Shown here piece after piece: positions 19,050 through 27,068 of a stretch of 64,000 nucleotides of DNA (positions are counted from its first letter, which is position 1; the number at the start of each line of letters is the position of its first letter). The DNA lies in IMG/VR virus record IMGVR_UViG_3300045988_143931, positions 64,001 through 128,000 of that record; one strand, written 5' to 3'. The notes beneath the pieces are model-generated. The model was given only the letters and a program-made list of their open reading frames with translations. It was not told where the DNA came from and made no database searches. This DNA comes from a virus. Both the position numbers and the translations under genes were made by a program.

Positions 19050-19199
19050 TTACTTTGCATTTACAGCTTCTACTAACAAATCATGATATAAACAACAATC
19101 AAAATTGTTATTCCAATCTAATTTTCGTCCTACCTTTTTCTCTGCATCTTCCCAAGATAAAAGATAAGAGTATTTACGTTCAAATTCCTGAAAACTCAT
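19050..19199 (-). CDS. hypothetical small protein (49 aa)
   Basis: Hand-called ATG at 19199, TAA at 19050-19052. Confidence 0.35.
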   Translation of the reverse strand: MSFQEFERKYSYLLSWEDAEKKVGRKLDWNNNFDCCLYHDLLVEAVNAK

Positions 19200-19240
19200 T
19201 ATTTTACCTTTACCTTTCCTTATGAATTATCCATTTCTAA

Positions 19241-19441
19241 TTAATCATTGTTCCATTCACCATTTAACACTTTATTTATTTTTACTTTGTTTATGTCCTG
19301 GTCGTTAAGAGTAATAGATGAAATGCCTTTAAATTTCTCAATTAACTCTTCTCTTGGCATAGTCCAATCAAACACTCTTAAATATGTCATTACATCTTCT
19401 TTTTTCACATATTCTCCGCTCGTGAAATCATTATATTTCAT
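19241..19441 (-). CDS. hypothetical protein
   Basis: Track ORF trimmed to MKYNDFTSG (GGAG RBS). Confidence 0.5.
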   Translation of the reverse strand: MKYNDFTSGEYVKKEDVMTYLRVFDWTMPREELIEKFKGISSITLNDQDINKVKINKVLNGEWNND

Positions 19442-19469
19442 TTTATTTTCTCCAATCTTTCCTATGTTT

Positions 19470-19937
19470 TTATATATCTGCATTATTTGCACCATCAGAG
19501 AATCCATCATCATATCCCTTGTTGTACATAGGATTCTCGAACTTTGTGTTTGCTATTGGACTATCTTCTTCAATACCGAACCACTCTTTCTCTTTATCTG
19601 TCATCTCACAACAATTTTCAAAAAATTCAAACGCACTTTCTCTATCATCGGAAATAAGTCCGTCCTTAAAGGATGTCGCAAGTTCTTCAAGTCTTGTCCG
19701 TGGAATATAATTCTTATTTACTTTTTCAAACAGCTTTTCAGTTGCTTTATTAAGTGCAACTAATTTTTCTTTATCATTTAAAAACATATAATATATACCA
19801 TGTTCCCACTGCTGTCCCCATCTTTCCAAGGCAGAATATCCGCAAGCTACAATATAATTATTATCTGTTTCAATAAGAGAGAATTTTTTACCTTTTTCAT
19901 TTGATACTACTAATATTTCTCTATGATTTTCTTTCAT
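19470..19937 (-). CDS. hypothetical protein, possible cognate partner of the HicA-like toxin
   Basis: GGAGGTG RBS. The ATG lies 1 nt after the HicA-like stop. I saw no HicB or HTH signature. Confidence 0.6.
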   Translation of the reverse strand: MKENHREILVVSNEKGKKFSLIETDNNYIVACGYSALERWGQQWEHGIYYMFLNDKEKLVALNKATEKLFEKVNKNYIPRTRLEELATSFKDGLISDDRESAFEFFENCCEMTDKEKEWFGIEEDSPIANTKFENPMYNKGYDDGFSDGANNADI

Positions 19938-19938
19938 C

Positions 19939-20136
19939 TCACACCTCCAAGTTATATTCTTTAATTAATCTCTGTTTTACCATATCATTCAGATCCTTAT
20001 TGACAGGCATTATCCTATGCGTTGTTCGATTAATATATACGAAATGACTCCCCTTACATCTTGTCGGCGTATATCCATTCTTCCGTAATATCACATCAAA
20101 GTCACGCATTCGCTTTGACTTTCTAAAATTGTGCAT
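19939..20136 (-). CDS. hicA: HicA-like toxin (mRNA interferase family)
   Basis: ILRKNGYTPTRCKGSHFVYINRTTHRIMPVNKDLNDMVKQRLIKEYNL matches the HicA pattern (GF..r.kGSH..y......vP.h.dl....l..ilk). AAAGGAG 8 nt before the ATG at 20136. Confidence 0.75.
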   Translation of the reverse strand: MHNFRKSKRMRDFDVILRKNGYTPTRCKGSHFVYINRTTHRIMPVNKDLNDMVKQRLIKEYNLEV

Positions 20137-20201
20137 AAATCTCACTCCTTTCTTTTACCCGTATAGCCTGATAGTGCAGCTTTATATGTATATGTTCTCT
20201 C

Positions 20202-21134
20202 TTATGCTGTTCTCTTTTTAATAAAAATAACCTTTGTACCTTCAATCACTCTTGACTGTTCAAGTCCAAGTCCCTCTACAATCATATCCTCAACATAAAG
20301 AGATACCGCTGTTCTAAAATCTAAAATAGGATATTTTGCACAAGCATTTGCCTTTAAATTCTCTGGTGTAATCTTTCTGAACTCTTCTGATAGAAATTTC
20401 TTTGTTTCGCTTCTGTCTTGAGCATATAACTTATACATATCTCTTAATGCACGAGTTACATAACTTACATATCCACTGTGCTTTCTATCAAATCCAGAAT
20501 CTCTTATTATGTCATATACATATTCTGCACAAGCTCCGTTGTCAATTGAACAGAGACTCAATGCTTCTGTATATGAACCAAGAACTCCACTTCCTCTATT
20601 GCCTGCATTTTCTCTATACTCAAACCCATAGATGTTTTTCATTTTTTCAAGTGTTTCTGTTGCCGGATCATGTAATACAAGCATTGCACCATGCTTCTGA
20701 ATTGGCGTTACCTTTCTAACTGATACACCCTGAAATGCATACAGTTCTGCTTCAAATGCAACTCTTTCAGAATCTTCCGTTGGTGCATTTAAGATTAACT
20801 GCACCTTTAAATCTTTGTATTTGTCTTTATCTACAATCTGACTTGCAATCCATCTTCCATAGCCATCAACTATATACACTTTACCTTCTTCCCAATGTGG
20901 TACACCAAGTAAAGGCATGAGCTTTCTTTCATCCCAATTATTAGTGAGATATTTTAAATCTCTTTCCGTTCTTTCGTCTGTCTGATACCGTGAATCAATT
21001 TCCATTAATTCAACAGGTATTCTAATAATTGCAATGTCTTCATGTATATCAGTGTATGCCTTTGTAAGACCTTCTAACTTGTCAACACTTCCCTTTGACT
21101 TTCTTCCTGTTACTACTTCAAACATTTTGCACAT
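20202..21134 (-). CDS. ParB/Srx-fold (DGQHR-variant) protein
   Basis: IDSRYQTDER...KVYIVDGYGRWIASQI resembles the ParB-like nuclease N-terminal domain. Confidence 0.6.
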   Translation of the reverse strand: MCKMFEVVTGRKSKGSVDKLEGLTKAYTDIHEDIAIIRIPVELMEIDSRYQTDERTERDLKYLTNNWDERKLMPLLGVPHWEEGKVYIVDGYGRWIASQIVDKDKYKDLKVQLILNAPTEDSERVAFEAELYAFQGVSVRKVTPIQKHGAMLVLHDPATETLEKMKNIYGFEYRENAGNRGSGVLGSYTEALSLCSIDNGACAEYVYDIIRDSGFDRKHSGYVSYVTRALRDMYKLYAQDRSETKKFLSEEFRKITPENLKANACAKYPILDFRTAVSLYVEDMIVEGLGLEQSRVIEGTKVIFIKKRTA

Positions 21135-21214
21135 AATTAACTACCTCTTTTCTTTTAATATTTTTGATATGTATTTTGTGTATAAAAATAACGGCTTGCC
21201 TTTTGGTTCGCCGT

Positions 21215-21511
21215 TTAGTTACTAAACTTTTCAAGCCATTCATCTGTTTTCAGATAATCTTGATAGTCTATATCAATCAAACCTAATTCATCTGCCATTT
21301 GATATAGCCACTCTTTGCATTCTTCACTTCCATCTTCTGCAAGTAATTTACAAAGTTCCTGAATAACAGGTGTTACCGTTTCTCTTGCCTTTGATTCTTC
21401 AAACTCAACAAGATAATCGTAAGCATTACAAGCAATTTCCTTTGGTGTGAAATTACCCTTCCAGTTTGCATTGCCATATTCTGCAATATCATAAAAATCT
21501 CCATATTCCAT
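21215..21511 (-). CDS. hypothetical acidic protein
   Basis: Track ORF. Confidence 0.6.
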   Translation of the reverse strand: MEYGDFYDIAEYGNANWKGNFTPKEIACNAYDYLVEFEESKARETVTPVIQELCKLLAEDGSEECKEWLYQMADELGLIDIDYQDYLKTDEWLEKFSN

Positions 21512-21633
21512 TATATCTCACCTCTTTCCATTAAATAATTTCTATATGCATTCTCGCTTTCAAACTGCTGATATTTACCTATTGATGGTACAAATCCCAT
21601 ATAAGCAAACCCATTATAATATCCCTTTATCAT
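21511..21633 (-). CDS. hypothetical mini-protein (40 aa)
   Basis: Hand-called: GAAAGG RBS, ATG at 21633, TAATG overlap with the next gene. Confidence 0.35.
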   Translation of the reverse strand: MIKGYYNGFAYMGFVPSIGKYQQFESENAYRNYLMERGEI

Positions 21634-21893
21634 GCTAACGCCTTTCTTAATTTGCATTTAAGAGTGTCGAATATACTCGGCTCTATAACAAGAAAATTGT
21701 CGTCTTGCATACACCTGCTTTCATATACTTGCTGATACTCCATCATCTGCACTGGTGTTAAGCTGTCATATGGAGTTAATAGATTTCTGTCTATAATGTC
21801 GTTTCCATCATTTCCTTTTATGATTCTGAAATTAAACATTCCAGGAACTTCTCTTTTGTGTATGACTTTTGTTTTGCTTTTAAATAGCATCAT
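21630..21893 (-). CDS. hypothetical protein
   Basis: Track ORF; GGAGG RBS. Confidence 0.6.
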   Translation of the reverse strand: MMLFKSKTKVIHKREVPGMFNFRIIKGNDGNDIIDRNLLTPYDSLTPVQMMEYQQVYESRCMQDDNFLVIEPSIFDTLKCKLRKALA

Positions 21894-21898
21894 TTCCT

Positions 21899-22054
21899 TT
21901 ATACCTCCTGTGCTAATCTTGCATCACGCATAATCCGTGATATTTCATTTTCTGTTTTTGCATTATGAATCTGTATTATTACTTCATCCGAATAACACAA
22001 ATCTCTTGCTGTTGTGATTGCTGTTCTCTTGTAATTGTACATTTCTCTTGACAT
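21899..22054 (-). CDS. hypothetical small protein (51 aa)
   Basis: Hand-called: AGGGAG RBS, ATG at 22054 (MSREMYNYKRTAITTARD...), TAA at 21899-21901. Confidence 0.45.
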   Translation of the reverse strand: MSREMYNYKRTAITTARDLCYSDEVIIQIHNAKTENEISRIMRDARLAQEV

Positions 22055-22072
22055 ATTAATATTCTCCCTTCT

Positions 22073-22408
22073 TTATCTTACAAAACCTGAATATTGAGCT
22101 TTGATAATTGTGTCGTCATATATGATATCTGTATAATTGTCGTGCATTATTAATGAGCAGATATCTCCCTTGTACCAATCTTCGGAATTATCTATAAATG
22201 TCCAAAGGTTTCCGTTGAAATCCTTGGTTGTTATTTCGTTTCCGTTTACACACTCAACCACTGTTGACAGTGGGTATGTGTGTTGATTGTAAGTTGCCTT
22301 TTGAACTGCTCTACCTATAAATAAGGCAGAAATTGAGAGCGTGACTGTTAAGATTACCATGAGCAGTTTTCTCTTTTCCTGATGTGTAAATTTGATTTCT
22401 TTTCGCAT
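22073..22408 (-). CDS. membrane-anchored hypothetical protein
   Basis: Track ORF; N-terminal hydrophobic helix LLMVILTVTLSISALFIG. Confidence 0.6.
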   Translation of the reverse strand: MRKEIKFTHQEKRKLLMVILTVTLSISALFIGRAVQKATYNQHTYPLSTVVECVNGNEITTKDFNGNLWTFIDNSEDWYKGDICSLIMHDNYTDIIYDDTIIKAQYSGFVR

Positions 22409-22492
22409 TGCTTTAGTTTCCTTTCTTGTAGTATTGATTTTGGGTATAAAAATAGCACCCTTTGCGTTTTGCTTTGGGTGCTTTCTTGAATA

Positions 22493-22708
22493 TTATAATT
22501 CTTCTAAGTCTGCAAGATTATGTCTGAATCTTGTTCGACTATTGGTTTTACTGTCTACAACAGTATATTTCCCTTTCTCTTCATTGATATAGAATCCATC
22601 TTTGTTTACTTTTGATGTTTTCCATTTATAGCCTTCGTTTTCACATTCTTTCCATGCCACTTTTTCGGCATTTACTGAATACTGCCTTTTAAGTTCTTCT
22701 TTGTTCAT
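22493..22708 (-). CDS. hypothetical protein, first gene of the leftward array
   Basis: Track ORF trimmed to MNKEELKRQ (AGGAGGG 8 nt upstream). Confidence 0.6.
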   Translation of the reverse strand: MNKEELKRQYSVNAEKVAWKECENEGYKWKTSKVNKDGFYINEEKGKYTVVDSKTNSRTRFRHNLADLEEL

Positions 22709-22760
22709 AGTATTAACCCTCCTATATAATTTATATTTTATTTTCGACATTAAATGTCAA

Positions 22761-22834
22761 TGTGCTTGTAGGAATCGAACCTACTGATAAGTATAATGTT
22801 GTTAGCATTATATTATTCACCACATATAAGCACA
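22761..22834 (-). tRNA. tRNA-like element (degenerate; anticodon loop CUAACAA, nominal AAC)
   Basis: On the minus strand: perfect 7-bp acceptor stem (TGTGCTT/AAGCACA), canonical T-arm GTAGG-TTCGATT-CCTAC and a 5-6 bp anticodon stem. The D-arm is weak, position 8 is A and the variable region is about 9-10 nt. Confidence 0.4.
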
Positions 22835-23863
22835 AATAAGATAAGTAGCCCTCACATCCTCTGTTATATATTCACTTATTTCCTATTAGGTAGACCTCAA
22901 ACATTAAATGGTATATTCACTTATTACTTATCATCAGGTGACTAACCCTTATGCAGTCAACAGTTTATTATTTTAATTCGCTCCAACTGTTACGAATACC
23001 TTACACTGTTTTATACAAACCGATTGCAAGACATACGGTTTTATCAGTGACATTATTCTCGAACTGATTACAGAATATACTATCAACCTAGTTACACTAG
23101 ACAGTAGGATTTATAGGCAGGGATTGTACTGCTCATACCTCATACACGAATGTAGATAGATACATTCAACATTAGTGTTACCACTAATTCTTGTGTATTG
23201 TTCCACTAGCAACTTTTCAAATAACCAAGCATAAGTTTTCATCGTTTTACCGAAACGCCAGTCGCTAACTATATACTGAGCTATCGAATCATTGTTAATT
23301 TTTATGATAGTGAATTGTGTCAATCACTCACTATATTTGTACCAAGATGCTATGTGATAGTGTTTACACACTATGTATTATGTACTTGCCACCAGCCACC
23401 ACTTTTCATGCGCTGTTCACCAAGTTTTCCCGAATATAGAGTTTATATTCGCTGACCTAGCCACTTGGGAGTGCTCCGTAACACCCTTGTCAGCCCTATA
23501 CGACATCTCCTCGTTTATGGTTCTCGCAAACCACACCCTTGACCGTTCAATCATATGTATTCTTGTAGTGTTGTGCTGATAGTTTAGAGCAGAACATCTA
23601 CTTGTCCACAAAACCTGAAGTCTATCGTCACCTACTTATTAACGCACACCTCCTAACTAGGTTGTATTTTGTGTAAGTGTATTGATGTCGTGTGTAGGTT
23701 AATCACACTAGAATACACATACAGTAACCTTTATGCATTGCGTCTTTAAATTTTGGGTGACTTTAATAGACCGTTTGGGAAGAACTGTCGTACCTCTACG
23801 GCTTATCACGGTTTTATTTGTATTGTGTTTAATGTTATGTATTTTTATTGACATATGGGTTGA
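22835..23863 (-). ncRNA. candidate large structured ncRNA (orientation inferred)
   Basis: About 1 kb with only three short RBS-less ORFs (64-70 aa) in a tightly packed genome, and visibly less AT-rich than its flanks. Hairpins include 23357-23374 (7 bp; loop reads GUAA on the minus strand), 23518-23533 (loop UGCGAG on the minus strand) and nested helices 23677-23683/23712-23718 around 23690-23694/23704-23708. Confidence 0.35.
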
Positions 23864-23911
23864 GTAAAAAAGAACCCTATCTTGACGAAAATGTAAGTCA
23901 AAAATAGGGTT
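23864..23911 (-). terminator. intrinsic terminator of the 24019..24447 gene
   Basis: Long hairpin (outer stem AACCCTAT/ATAGGGTT, 23873-23880/23904-23911) followed on the minus strand by CUUUUUU. Confidence 0.6.
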
Positions 23912-24018
23912 GATGATGGAGAACCCATCACAAAATGATGATGTAGATTTTGTGACCTACCCACTCAAAGAGTGGGTAACGCACTAGGCTTGACACGGTT
24001 TATACTCGCCTAGTCGAG

Positions 24019-24447
24019 TTATTTAGCCATACGGCTCTGCTGATTATCCATGAACTTTGTAGCATCTTCGGCAGACTTGAACTCGTAAATCTGCACATAC
24101 TTGTCATCCTTTGCAAGTGCGTCATAGACCTTATCACCCTTGCCAAGCTTAGTTGCACCAAAGTCTTCAGTCGCAGACATCTTGATGGCAAACCTAGCCT
24201 TGCTTGACAGAAATGCACCCTTGACTGTACGGACGAACTTGCCATCGCACTCAAGAGAGCCGACAATCCGTGTAGACTTCTTAGATGCTGTCTTAGGCTC
24301 TGACTTAGGTGTTGTGTCTTTAGGTGTCTCTGTCTTAGGCTGTTCAACTGCTCCAAGTCCTAAGAGTTTAGCGATTTTCTGTGCTTCTGTAGCGTTAATC
24401 TGATAAGCTACTCCATTAACGATAACTGCATTCTTTAATTCTTTCAT
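24019..24447 (-). CDS. hypothetical two-domain protein, compositional outlier
   Basis: Protein-like translation MKELKNAVIVNG...PKTETPKDTTPKSEPK linker...C-terminal domain. Markedly higher G+C than all neighbours. Start taken at the ATG at 24447 (GAAAGG upstream). Confidence 0.65.
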   Translation of the reverse strand: MKELKNAVIVNGVAYQINATEAQKIAKLLGLGAVEQPKTETPKDTTPKSEPKTASKKSTRIVGSLECDGKFVRTVKGAFLSSKARFAIKMSATEDFGATKLGKGDKVYDALAKDDKYVQIYEFKSAEDATKFMDNQQSRMAK

Positions 24448-24720
24448 AATTACCAACCTTTCTGTCTCATCTTAGAGACTTAAAAAAATATTTTTTGTTC
24501 ACTGAACTGCTCGTCAGCCGTTCAGCTTGGCTACACCTTATCACAAAAAAATTCTGCTTGTTTCGGTGCAAAACTTCCAAAAATGCTTATTTTTCGTGGT
24601 TTTGAGTATGGCGAGAATGGGGGGTGGCAAAAACGGATTAAACCCTTATGAAATGTAAAACCAGGTATAGCAGGTTTATTTACACACCAAGTCAAAAAAT
24701 TTTTTATTAAAAATAAATTA

Positions 24721-25440
24721 TCTTATTCTCAATCCATTAAATCCCCAATAAAATCAAGCAAAATCCCAATTTTCCCATCTCAAACTCCATATCGTACCCC
24801 ATATCGCTCAAACCTACTAACCAAGCCACTTTCACCCATCTTACAACCCAAAAATCAAACTTTCATTTCATTAAAAATTCACTCACAAATCCAAAATTAT
24901 CCTTATTTATAAGCACTTTTACCGATAACCATTTTTAATCCAGAATCATCATTATAATCAATTACATAAATCATAAATCTCTAATCAACAATAAGGGGGC
25001 TACATAAAAACCACATCAAAAAATCTAAAATTACCTATATACATCACAAAAACAGCCAAAAAAATCCAATACAAACCATCAAAAATCCTACTATAACAAT
25101 GCCAAAAACTCCCATCTCTCATCTAATCCCTCTATCATGCCCATATACAGTATTTTTATTTTACCCTACCAATAACACATAAAATCATTTTTACCTACCT
25201 AAATGCTCAAAATACAAGGTCAATTTTTTACATCACCCAAAATCACATTAACTATCTATATATATTCATGCACATTTACTATAAATAATATTATCAATTC
25301 TCACACTTATATAAAAATCAATTCTCATAGCTCAAATTTCAATTTTTACCCTCTACCCTAACAACTAGCCACCTGACATATAAAAATCCAAAATAGACTC
25401 AAAATCATACATTTTTCTCCTTATATTCCATGTAAAGAAT
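24721..25440. other. G-depleted (plus strand) non-coding tract
   Basis: Hand count gives about 26 G in 720 nt, and 24841-24900 has none. C is abundant. No ORF of 60 aa or more on either strand. The AAAATC motif recurs at least 11 times. Confidence 0.8.
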
Positions 25441-25511
25441 TTTATATCAGAACAAATTTAAAAAAGAGAATATAAAATTGTATAAATCACATTTCTAAGG
25501 AGGGTTTACAA

Positions 25512-26486
25512 ATGAATACATATTTAATACCAACAACGGCAGCATATTGTTATGAACCATATGATTACATTTATTTTGTTTATGCTGATACACCACAAGA
25601 AGCTTATATAAAAGCATGTACTAAATTACAAGGAGAATATATACCACTTGAATCACAAGAATATGAATCATATCCATTTAAATTGTACAAGCCAGATGAT
25701 ACAACTATTTTTCCATTCCATGAATCAAGAAAATATGATATACTTGCAGAAGCATTTAAAAATACAGAAGGAGCAGAATATATGGCGTATTTCAATGTAA
25801 ACTGGAATGATTATATAGAAGATATAATTAAAATAGCAGATAAAGAAAATTGGTCTAATGATACATACCCTAATAATAAAATTCTTACAAATTATATGGT
25901 TCACACATATAAAAAATTATCTTCTGAAAAGAACGTAATTATTAATAATGAATATGCACTATTTAACACAGGACTTTTTACCGAATTCTATCAACCAATA
26001 TACGCATATCAAGATAAAAGCAAAAATGGATTAAAGTTTCTTACATCATATGATTTAGGAAATATGAATATTTCTGATCGCCCACCAAGAGCAAATTATT
26101 TTGATGATCCATCTCTCTTATTATTTGATTGGCACTACGAAATAAACATTAATTATAAACATATATTGAAAGATATTAATAATATTGAAAGAATTCCCGA
26201 AAAGCTTAAAGATAGCAAAAATATTCTTAACAATCTCAATGGTTCAATAGAAACTATGAAGAAGCGAGTATCAGCTAATTATAAATTGGCAATACCACAA
26301 TATTATGAAAATAAGATTCAGTTGTTACTTCCATTATGCTTAGAGGATGATACTACTCCATCATTAGCTTTAACCGTAACTAAAGTAGGAAATTATTATC
26401 AAGGTCACACATGTTTAACACTTGATATGGCATATAATAATGCTCGTCTTATTGCAAAACCAGAATCTAACTGGTTATCAATATAA
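25512..26486 (+). CDS. DUF3825-like protein
   Basis: AAGGAGGG RBS. The C-terminal half (ALFNTGL...PQYYENKIQLLLPLCL...ALTV...YQGHTCLTLDMAYNNARLIAKPESNWL) resembles the DUF3825 pattern as I recall it. Confidence 0.55.
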   Translation: MNTYLIPTTAAYCYEPYDYIYFVYADTPQEAYIKACTKLQGEYIPLESQEYESYPFKLYKPDDTTIFPFHESRKYDILAEAFKNTEGAEYMAYFNVNWNDYIEDIIKIADKENWSNDTYPNNKILTNYMVHTYKKLSSEKNVIINNEYALFNTGLFTEFYQPIYAYQDKSKNGLKFLTSYDLGNMNISDRPPRANYFDDPSLLLFDWHYEININYKHILKDINNIERIPEKLKDSKNILNNLNGSIETMKKRVSANYKLAIPQYYENKIQLLLPLCLEDDTTPSLALTVTKVGNYYQGHTCLTLDMAYNNARLIAKPESNWLSI

Positions 26487-26507
26487 ATCAAATAAATATA
26501 AAAAATT

Positions 26508-26538
26508 AACAGGCGGTAATTAAGCTGTCTGTTTTTTA
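26508..26538 (+). terminator. intrinsic terminator
   Basis: 7-bp stem 26508-26514/26527-26533 followed by TTTTTT. Confidence 0.55.
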
Positions 26539-26901
26539 TTGCATAAATTTATATTATTCTCCACTATTCTATTTAATAATTCTTAAAAACTTAAATCTCT
26601 TTAAGAGAACAATCTATTGTAAATAATCATTACACCACTCTTACCAAATAAAAAAATAAATTTAAAGGAGGATTCTATATGGGTAACTTAAAACTAATTA
26701 CAACAGAAACATTTAATAACTTATCATGTAACTTTTATAGAAATATATTTGATGAATTAGCATATTAAATCACTTCTCAATCTATTTAGGGAGAAAAAAT
26801 CACACCTCACAGAAAAAATTAGCCACTTTTATCTCATACCCTTATAAGTTATCACCTAAGACATAAAAATTGAAATTCACCCTCAAAATCGTTAATTTAC
26901 T

Positions 26902-27027
26902 CCACAGATATGGGGTATGAGAAAACTATATACAAGCTCAAAAAGATAGTATGTGCGTAAGCACAAGATGTAGCCCTTTGATAAGGGCGGTCTTTTCGCA
27001 GCGTTAGCAAGAAAAGAACATCTGTGG
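26902..27027 (+). promoter_or_regulatory. structured leader-like element (multi-hairpin, closed by a long-range helix)
   Basis: CCACAGAT (26902-26909) pairs with ATCTGTGG (27020-27027). Inside are hairpins 26952-26965 (GUAA loop), GCCCTT-TGAT-AAGGGC and TCTTTTC...GAAAAGA. It lies 40 nt upstream of the ORF at 27069. Confidence 0.35.
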
Positions 27028-27068
27028 GATAGACAATTGAAGAGAATAATATATCAAAGGAGTAATCT

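Noticed and set aside
213-19763. Numerous plus-strand track ORFs across the left arm, for example 213..398, 230..532, 1236..1637, 9093..9521, 10221..10661, 11732..12130, 14303..14740, 15024..15611, 19248..19763.
   Set aside because: They lie antisense to a continuous chain of minus-strand genes with good RBSs. Their translations are Leu/Phe/Ser/Ile-rich low-complexity strings typical of shadow frames in AT-rich DNA, and they have no SD sites.
23111-23611. Track ORFs 23111..23323 (-), 23373..23579 (+) and 23417..23611 (-) inside the ORF-free block.
   Set aside because: They are short (64-70 aa), mutually overlapping, lack correctly spaced RBSs and have unprotein-like composition. The region is better explained as non-coding.
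24000-24403. Track ORFs 24000..24356 (-) and 24140..24403 (+) overlapping 24019..24447.
   Set aside because: These are alternative frames kept open by the locally high G+C. Their products are Arg/Ser/Leu-rich. Only the 24019..24447 frame gives a globular-looking protein with an RBS.
26680-26769. 29-codon ORF (MGNLKLITTETFNNLSCNFYRNIFDELAY) behind a strong AAAGGAGG.
   Set aside because: It might be the remnant N-terminus of an antirepressor/Bro-like gene or a leader peptide. It is too short, and my similarity impression too vague, to call as a feature.
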